Shown: in pieces, positions 1 through 13,400 of the stretch
Layout of the letters: each line of letters begins with the position of its first letter
Numbering within the stretch: the stretch's first letter is position 1
Assembly (NCBI GenBank): GCA_000934665.2
Contig: KZ538315.1
Span: 62,001-84,839, forward strand
Source of the DNA: Catajapyx aquilonaris
Taxonomy: Eukaryota
Reading direction: 5' to 3'
Length of the DNA: 22,839 nucleotides
The notes under the pieces: model-generated
The model's input: only the letters and a program-made list of their open reading frames with translations
The model's database searches: none
What the model was told of the DNA's origin: nothing
Position numbers and translations under genes: made by a program

Positions 1-3065
<3,065 letters not shown>

Positions 3066-3118
3066 TTTCACATTTATCTCTTTGTTTTTTGTTTTTGTAT
3101 TTGGCTTACATTTTAGGT

Positions 3119-3124
3119 AATAAA
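3119..3124 (+). terminator. Candidate Mcm7 polyadenylation signal AATAAA
   Basis: First AATAAA about 54 nt after the Mcm7 stop codon, preceded by a T-rich tract. Confidence 0.5.
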
Positions 3125-3997
3125 GGTGATACCATGAACGATGTGCAACATTGCCAATTCTAGCTCTAAGTAGTGCACAACAGGGTCATACAGATTTTGG
3201 ACGTGTTTCTCATTCTCGTGGTAATGAATTGTTCACCCAACGATTAATGACTATGTAAAACACAATTATAACATGACCCTGTCATAAAACTTGTGCTGTG
3301 TGAATGGCCCCCGAGATACCAGAACAGGTGGTAAGGGAGTGTTTATTTGCACAGATTTAAAAAAAAAAATGGAAGCAAGGAAATCATCCAGTAAAACAGT
3401 CAAAAATAATTTGAAAGTATTGGTTTGTCTGGATATTTATGAAGATATGCTGATATGAAGTTGAAAGATGAACACGTTAGTGTCTTTTCATACGCTGAAA
3501 CATTACTGAACGAGGCAAGTGAAATGACTTGAGAGATTTGAATAATTAATTTTACTGCCACTTTTACATCCAATTCACCAAAAATCTAATGAGCATTAAA
3601 CAACTAGTTGCCATTGATTTCCTTGCACAATCCAGTGAAAATATTAGTTATGAAAAATGATTTACATACACTTACAAGGTGTTACGCACACCCTGACACA
3701 ATTTTACACTGTTACTGTCACTAACAATGGTACTACATCCTTTACCATTCAAGTAAATTGTACTGAAATGTGGTGGGTCGAGCCATTCCATGTATTTCTG
3801 TGTATAAAGAAAGTTAAATCAAGATGCAGTGCTGACCATAGTCCCCATCATCTTGTCTGATGTAGCACATTCACAAATTTGGGAAAAACAGAAGCATCAA
3901 CTTACATAATATCTTCCCCATGAGCAAACTAACCATGTATAGTCCCTCTATTTCACAAAAATGGAAACGCAATTGTCTTTCACAATAATCAAACGTA

Positions 3998-5264
<1,267 letters not shown>

Positions 5265-5323
5265 TATTTTCACTCCATTTTCAGCACATCAAACGTTCAG
5301 GAAAAATTGACACAGTCCTAATC

Positions 5324-5469
5324 GGCAGCCATCTTGTAGCTCCGTTACCTGAACCTAACGCTCTGATTGGCTGCGAGCACTAACATGGCCGCCGATATCC
5401 AGCTTGCTATTGGCTGGGAGGCTCAATATGGCCGGGATGCTGATTGGTTAAAAGCTGCAAGATGGCCGC
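5324..5469. promoter_or_regulatory. NKAP proximal promoter: three CCAAT boxes, each paired with a YY1-like motif
   Basis: ATTGG at 5366, 5409 and 5443. AANATGGCCG motifs have ATGGCC at 5385, 5428 and 5462. A further CAAGATGGCTGCC lies on the minus strand at 5336-5324. The region is GC-rich and 60-200 bp upstream of the NKAP ATG. Confidence 0.7.
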
Positions 5470-6307
5470 TTTTAACTTATGGGCGCGAATGTAAAAAAAA
5501 TTGTTTAATTTTATGTGTATATATTTTTACCAAATTTAAGGAACCAGCGTTTTTTTTGTCTGGATTTTAGGCCCAACATGCTGGCCATAAGAGAGTGATG
5601 CTGCCAAACCGGATTGCGCCATTATATCGCCTTGGACTTCAGTTGGGATTGCGATTCTGAAGGATCGACCTGCTCGAAATGGGCTTCAGGATCTGCCCCT
5701 GTGGACTGCCGGACTCGTGTTGGTACACTGGGACATCCGGTTGGTCACACTCCGTTGTGGTAAGTGGGCTGCATTGCTTTATTTGTATGGCCATTTGTAA
5801 TCGGCCTTGGGCAAAAAGGGAGCAAAAAAATCTGTGAGAATTTATGGCCCGTGGTGCCAGCATATGGGACTATTTTTGGCATGTGGCGGACATTGAGAGT
5901 GTGTTTAGAGTTTTTGGCAACTTGGGATGTTTTTAATAATGTGGACACGACTAGATGTTCATCACACTTTCTAGAAGACGTTGTTATTATAGCGTACTTC
6001 CTATACCACCTGCGCTCAGTAGAAGGTGGTACGGTCACCTTGAGTGGAGCTGTGAAAAATCGGATAAGTTGCGGATATGCCAATGTTGTAATGGTATCGG
6101 TGTAGAGCTAAATCAGGTATTTGAAAACGTTGGAATTTTGCTAATTCTCTGGGGGGCAATGTTTTTCTCACTGTTGTGGTGAAATTTGGGAAACCAATTA
6201 CTTAGAAATACTTGGCACTAAAGATAAACGTCCTGATGATAATGTAAATTGCACTGTCAAGTTTACTGACTTGCGTCACTTGCTTTTTAGTAGCGTATAG
6301 CTACATA

Positions 6308-6348
6308 CGTCATCATCATTTTCTTTTGAAAGGAAAATGATGATGACG
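6308..6348. repeat. 41-bp near-perfect palindrome
   Basis: CGTCATCATCATTTTCTTTT-G-AAAGGAAAATGATGATGACG: 20-bp arms with one mismatch. Confidence 0.75.
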
Positions 6349-6563
6349 ACAGTGATTATATGATGGGGGCAATGATGATGAAGGCAATATAGTGTGTTTT
6401 ATAGCATATTGTGACATACTATTTTAACACATACAAAAACTGTGGTAAAATTTTACAAGTGGTATAAGAACTCGATTCTACAAGAATGAATCCCATAAAA
6501 ATGTTGTTACAAATATTCCGACTGATATAGTTTCTCTTCTCTTTTGGATAGCCGGGAGTATAA

Positions 6564-6750
6564 GGGCCGGTTTCACCGAGCTCAGTATATGATAAAACCA
6601 GGGTTCTTTCTCAAAATCCCTATTTATTTGTATGGGATTTTCCTAAAGAAACCTGGTTTTATCATATACCAAGCTCGGTGAAACCGGCCCGTAGGGATTT
6701 TCCTAAAGAAACCTGGTTTTATCATATACCGAGCTCGGTGAAACCGGCCC
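6564..6750. mobile_element. PIF/Harbinger-type MITE with a tandemly duplicated right arm
   Basis: The left TIR is GGGCCGGTTTCACCGAGCTCAGTATATGATAAAACCAGG. Its inverse occurs twice, ending at 6690 and at 6750. TAA TSD at 6561-6563 and 6751-6753. Confidence 0.9.
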
Positions 6751-7698
6751 TAATAGGATGGGATAAAATGCAGTGTCACATACCGTAGACAAACAAGAGT
6801 AGTTATAAATGAAAGTTAAGGGGCGTTGAAGTAGTTCCTCTTATTTTTTAAGAGACCTACATTTTATTGTACACTATAAGTTGACTCATATACAGTACAT
6901 TATCGATCGTTCTGTTACATCTACCAATTAGTTTTTAGCAGTGTAGCATAAATTGTGCGCTTTACTTAACACACAAACTATAAAAGAATCACGTTGCGGT
7001 ACCAGTAGCCGGGTTTCCATGTCATCAATACAAGGTGCAAGATTGTACAGTCAATGATTGCTGATTCTGCCGGTAGTTGTAATCTTGCTCAAGGGCAATT
7101 CCTGTTGTAACGTACAACTACCAAATCGTACGCTATTTCCGTCGTTCTATATATTCAGCCGGAAGGATGTATTATGAAATGGATTTTAACTTATGTTGTA
7201 ATCTGTAAGCACTGCATTCGGCGCACACCATCAAGAACTTACGAAAGCACTCATTGGATTGGAAGTCGTGTAATCTCGTATAAGCGATTGTTGGACATGC
7301 GAAATGGAATGGTCACGTATATACGGACGCGGACGGAATGGAAGGTTCTGCATCGCAATACGCGTTCTGATAAGTCTGCGAATTGTGACAGGCAACACTA
7401 TGAGTTATCAAATATTAGACTATCCTCTAAGTAGGATGTCTATTGTCCAAGGATGCACCTAGTGCCAAATTTCTTCCGTGTGAAACACATGTACGGTTGG
7501 TCTCGTCGCCTATATATTTCTGGTAACGTACGGACAAACTTAGTCGCGTACGGGCATCGTACCATTCTCCGCAGGGTTTTCGGCATTATCGGCAATAAGA
7601 AAGCAGCGGATTCTCTCAGACACTACGTGCATTTTTTTTTTAAAAAAAAGAACTTAAGCACTCAATGTCATGAAGCTTAAAACAAAATAATGTCCATG

Positions 7699-7953
7699 TT
7701 AATTTCTCGCTACTTGCGTCTGCCTGCAATTTCACCTCCAGGGTGAACACACACATAGCTCCAGCAGGTTTCTTTTTATGGGGTTATTCAGAAGAAAAGG
7801 TGTGCATGAATAAACCACGAACTCTTAACAACATTCGAGAAGAAATTGAAAACACACGGGCAATACTGCGCTGTTGATAATGTAACAGAAACAGCCTATT
7901 TGTGAAAAGCAGCTGAAGGCAGACATTTAGTCCATATAATTCTAAAACATTGA
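7699..7953 (+). pseudogene. Decayed C-terminal fragment of a Tc1/mariner-superfamily (maT/DD37D-like) transposase
   Basis: Broken frames read LISRY..SP, IAPAGFFLWGYSEEKVCMNKPRTLNNIREEI and KAAEGRHLVHIILKH*. These resemble the family pattern as I recall it: LISR..WPPRSPDL.P.DFFLWGYLK.KVY.NKPRTL..L...I and C....G.H...I. Confidence 0.6.
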
Positions 7954-8130
7954 GAAACAAATATATTTAAACTCTAAATGAACTCGTATGTGAGAAAAAA
8001 AAAACTTTTTTCAGTCTGGTGGTTTCACTGACAACAGGAATTGCCCTCAATCACCAGTAACACGACATTCACTCTATATGATTTGATATTACAGTATTAG
8101 GATGCTTGATAGTGGAAAATAATGGAGGTT

Positions 8131-10366
8131 TCAAACGGAGGTGACAATGTGCTCCATAGGCACGTCGCCTATGGTGTTGCGAAAAAGCAGCGCCACTAGT
8201 TGGTCTGCTGGCAGGGTGCGGAGTGAGGGCAGCAACAGAAGCAGGCGACCGAATCTGACCGGGTACTGTGGATGGGCCTGGGCCTCGTAATGGGCCAGAG
8301 TCAGCTGCATGCGGTCAGCCAGCACCTCCAGGTGTTTCCCATCTCCAGGAAACTCGCATCCGTCTGAAAGGAGAGGTAGACTGATATCACACACGAATGA
8401 TTGATGTTGTTAATACGAGTAATCATTTTAATTGTGGTATCCGAAAATATCCGACCCAGACCCATACCTTTGCTAAGAAGGACTAGTGTCTCCAAGAGAG
8501 CTAATTCAACACTGTCCAAGCAAAGAACCTGGCAGGCTTCAAAGACACGCTTCAGCTTCTCGATGCCTTCGAAGCACATCAGGGACGTTTTTTGTAAGTT
8601 TCGATCCTCTCGAGACCGTACCTGTAAAAGACATATAACACCGCACTTAGCAAGAGCGAGACATATCGCACCTACAAATAATATTGAAATCATGGTGGCA
8701 CAGTTAGGAAAGTTTTAAAAAAAATTCGAGGACAGCTTTTAATTGAATTGAGAAATTATTAAATAAAATTGATTGATTGATTGATGTAACACGCACCATT
8801 GCTGTGAACTGTGTGTGTTTGAGAAGAGCTGCAACATCAATGGGCCAATGGGCTGCATGGAGCAGGAAGAGCTGAGGCCAAGTGTTTCTGAGAAGAATGT
8901 CCTGCTCTTCCTTGGGCAGAGAAGCAAACGGTTCGCTCTGACGGGCATGACGTACTGACACCAGCAGAACCTGCGCCGATATCTCTTGGTGCGCTTCGAC
9001 GCAACCTTAAGGGTGTAATTAAGTTAGAAAAGTCATTGTCAGATCCATAGATGGCGCTCGGAAAGATCAACCAGAGGGCGTCTTATTTGACGGTGCCAAA
9101 TAAATAGTTAATGTATTTTCATATGCGACAGTACCTTTAGGGAGTGAAAATGGCAATGTTTGGAGGTCTCGGATTCGAATCCCGGCCAGGGCGTGTAGTG
9201 AAGCTGCCGGAGGCACCAAAGCTGGACCAGTTTCTCCGCCTGCCCGAAGACGCAACGATTCGTTCACACTCGCCTAAAATAGAATCCGAAACATGTAGAT
9301 AGCTGCTTTATAAATGTAAAATAAATTATCACTTTTACAGCACCTCCGAAACCGAAACCGTAACGGAACGAGCTCACTATTTGGTTTTTGGTTATGGTTA
9401 ATAATTTGCAAACGCAGTGTTTATTAATGAAATTCATTAATTCAAATTATTAAATTCAGCAAAATAATTTAATGATCAAAAGTCTAGATTGGCAATGTTG
9501 GCTTTAGTAACCAAATAGCCAGTTCTGTAACGATTACATACGGTTTTCTGGGTGCTACGTAAATGACCCCATAGGTCATTGATACAGCTCATTGAGTAAT
9601 GACAACCAGGCATTGACAAAGTTTCTGCATTTCACCTCAAAGTGGCCAAGTACCAGTTGACGTACTCGAAAAGGCGCCAGAGACAGGGCTTCAACTTGGG
9701 CTGGAGACCAAGTGTGGGCAGAGGTCACCGGTAAGAGGTCAAGGTGTTTGGCGGCCACCCCGAGGAGCGAGGTCATATTTGTAGGGACAGGGACCCCACC
9801 GGCCGAGATGACCAACGGCGACGGGGTCATCGGGAATCCGCTTGAGGTGGGTGTGACCTGCTGAGTCGAGGTCGGAGATGACCTCGATGACCCCGATGCC
9901 CTCTTGCTTTTGTCCACCGCCTTTCGCGGGCCCCTTTCTTCCTGCACAGCTGTTAGAGCAAGGAGAATCCCATTCAAAAAAGGGTGTGAACTTTCCTACC
10001 TGTTAGCTGTTCTCACACTTAAATATTGATAGTAACTGAACGGTTGATTTTTAAATATTCAAATGGGGAGGGTACCAAAAAATTGCGATGTCACCGTGGC
10101 AGTGTCAGGGACCAAGGGGGGCCACCCTTTTTCGTTTTGTCATCTCTCCAGTGGCCTTTGACTCGGAATAATGCAGAGTAACGCAGGGGTCATTAGGTAT
10201 TCTTGCAGGTCATTTGCTGATCAATTGGTCGATTGTACGCAGGATGGGAAATAAAAATTAGCTCCTTACAGGAGGCACTTTAGTTTGAATTTAGAAGGGC
10301 AGAATTATGTATATTCTACATGTAGAAGTTGTCGGTAATTGAAGCAATTGTTTATCCTTACTATCA

Positions 10367-10445
<79 letters not shown>

Positions 10446-13400
10446 GAAAAATGGCCGAGTCAGGTGACACGCTATGGTAGTCAGTTGACGATATCCAGTT
10501 TGACTCGCCAAGCAGTCAGTTCACTCTCCAAACAAGTCGCCTGACACCTCAGGGGAGTCAAAGGACCACCCCTCCTCGATCTGCTCTGACTATCCTGGCG
10601 GGTCAACTGATGACCCTGGGGAGTCCCTCGACCATCCTGGCGAGTCAAAGGACCACCCCTCCACGAACTTGACAATATTGGAACAATACTGTGTTGGTCA
10701 GCATACCTGATGATGCCAGCTGAATTTATTATTCTCTGATGTATTATTATCCTTTGACAAGAAGAGTTTCCCAGGTCAATTGTTGCAAGTCCTTGGTGTG
10801 GGGGAGTTCCGGTTCCATGTTTGTTGTTGTGTCGAACCATTTTCTTTTCTGATAAGAATGAGTGTGATCAATGGCACTTGGGTGGCACACGTTTGCCAGT
10901 CTCCCTTGATGTATCAATTATTCAGGATACGTCAATCTTTGATGGCGGGTCTCGGGCCCTTTGCCTTACCGATCGAGACACTTTTATGTCATGAGGTTTA
11001 GCATGGAAACTACAGAGAGAAACGCGCTCATGTGAATTATTTCCGGCTTCTATACATGATTTGCATTACAACGCAATATGACCCGAGAAATTACAGCATT
11101 TGATTCAACCCTGGACGTGATGTACACTGAAATGTTGACCTGCAATGGTGCATGAAACGGTTTATTGTTCAAAAAAAAAGTAGTAATTGGACGATAGGAA
11201 ATTGGCACCCTGGGTAATAGTTAGTTCGAAATTGCAACATTCTGCTCTCTAGTGGAGTCCGGCGGGTTTTGTCGATAAGAACAGCATGGCGCAGGGTGAT
11301 CAAATTTGCATAAGGTGTCTCCCAAGGAGGCGGGACCTTTATTCTGGGTCGACGTTGTATTGGCCTGAGTTTCGTGCCAGCAATGGCGGATTTTCTTCGC
11401 ATTTTTGGGGGCTTTAGGGTTGACCTTACCTTCTCGTTTCATGTGGACAGCGAAGCACTTTTGAAGGCGGCAGTAGGGGCACCAGTTTCTCCTCGCTTTG
11501 TCAATGATGCAGTCGCCCTTTCCAGCTGTGAAGGAGTGTTGGAAAATAAATCATGTGATATATACCTCCGAAATTAGTGTCCCCTCCTCCTCACCTGTCC
11601 TCCCCCTCGTACCTCTCGCATGCTACACGTGAGGGGGGGCTGTCCTGTCCCCCCCTCGCAAATCTGCATTATTTAATCAGTGGCCCATGTTAAACTGGCC
11701 GGCATGAGGAGTTGGGTTATTCATGGGCTGACACTATCGGCGAACTTTATCACCTCTGAATTTACCGCAGCTTTTGAAATCGTGTTGGAGGCGAGTGTAA
11801 CTACCGGTTGCTTGCATTTCATTCAGTTTTTATAATGAGGGATTACCTGGAGCGGGCAAGGACACAGAGTCGGGTTTTAAATCATATGGGTGGGTTATAA
11901 ATCGTAGGTTGTGCAGGTATAGTGACAGGGACGTATGGCTGCGGTTTTTTTTTTGTAGAAATTGTGCTGATGACTGTGTCACTGTAAATGAAATGTTAAG
12001 AAATGTCTAAAATTTTGGTTTTACCATAGTTTGTTTTGTATGAGCTCCATTTGTTGCTCGAAAAATGTATAAGGTAATCGGTGTCGTTTTTAACCTGATC
12101 AGACATGTCTGGCGTTACCGTTGCAATCTTATCCCGTGTGTGCTGGTGACGGTGGATCTTTTCACCGTACATGTATGATGTACCTCCACAAAAAAGTCAG
12201 TCGGGGCACGGGGTAACTGGGCTTCTGGGAGGACTAAGCATGGGGAAACTTAGCACACTGGGAGGCTGAACAAAACGCGACTTTTTATGTGCATCATCAA
12301 GAACAATTTGTGTGTGGTGTAAAGATCCCGCATCTCCAGCACCTACGGGATAGGATTGCAATGGTAACTCCAGACACGATTGAGCCGGTTTGGCACGAGA
12401 CCGAATACATACTAGTTTTTATCTGCCGAGCCCAAGCGACAAATGAAACTCATATCGAAACAAACTAAGGTGAGGCCAAACCGTTAGGCATTTCTTAGCA
12501 TTTCAAAAGATTTAAATCACCTATAGATATGCCTACAAGTTTTCGAGATTTAAAGTGTTTAAAAAAAGTCTCTGAGTTTCATGATATTTTGTAGCGAAAA
12601 GAAATAGCTTATACGTTACGGAGTTTTAGGACAGATAACGATTCAAATAATTTTTTGAGCTCTCCTGTGGACTACATGAAGATAGAGAGTGGAGTCCGAC
12701 TCTGTTCACATGACAGTGTGCAGCTGTAGCTTATTTTTTATTGGATGCTTAAGCACGTTTTTTAAATTAATAATAATAATTTGAAACCCCATTATCAGCC
12801 TACGGGCCTTCCTAGGGGGGGATTTCTCCCAATTTTTTTGTCTGGAACTCTTCCATTTTTTACTATTTTCTCATCATCTGAAATGAAGCAGGGAAAGGGA
12901 AGGAAGGAAGCGGCTGTTGCCTATATTACGGTAACGACCCCGGAATTATCCTGCAAGGACCATGGGAAACCACAGAAAACCATGGTCAGGGTCGCCGGCC
13001 TCCGGGATTCGAACCCAGGACCTCCCGATTAGCAGTCGGATACCCTATCCACTCCACCACTACTGCTTCGGTTCTTTTAAATTAATACCTGCTGATGCGT
13101 ACGCATGCGCTCCCGATTATCCGTGCTTAATGAATGCACGGGATACGAAAATGGTCCTAGATACCGTAAAATGAGCTAATAAGAGGTTTTTAATGAACTA
13201 ATGTAAATACTATCTGCTGCTTTGGAATCATCTGAATGCAACCTATGATTTTGTTTTGTACAGATTTTTTATACAGTTCACAGATACACTAAAATTCTGT
13301 GCAATTGTATTCCGTATAACCTCACTTAAAGCTGCATGCCGGTATAGTCGAGGTCGGCCAGTTTTTAGAAATGCATGATCTGGTGGCTATACTGGCATCC

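Noticed and set aside
3174..3310. Short inverted repeat ACAGGGTCAT/ATGACCCTGT plus GTGTGAATGGCCC between Mcm7 and NKAP
   Set aside because: Probably a Harbinger MITE remnant, but the left TIR and TSD are missing, so the boundaries cannot be supported.
7005..7320. Weak inverted similarity suggesting an old MITE
   Set aside because: Only patchy matches of about 10 bp and no defined termini.
10305..10544. ORFs with YIYIYI runs
   Set aside because: These are translations of the (AT)n microsatellite.
11230..11300. Minus-strand peptide VLIDKTRR resembling the zinc finger 2 motif CIIDKARR, about 150 nt downstream of Hr83 exon 3 (possible duplicated exon)
   Set aside because: The zinc-ligand cysteines and NWCP are absent, there is no convincing splice acceptor, and nucleotide similarity to exon 3 is low. 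Most likely chance.
13003..13072. Possible tRNA gene (A and B boxes)
   Set aside because: There is no complete cloverleaf, and the sequence continues into a SINE core and tail with a TSD. Classified as a SINE.
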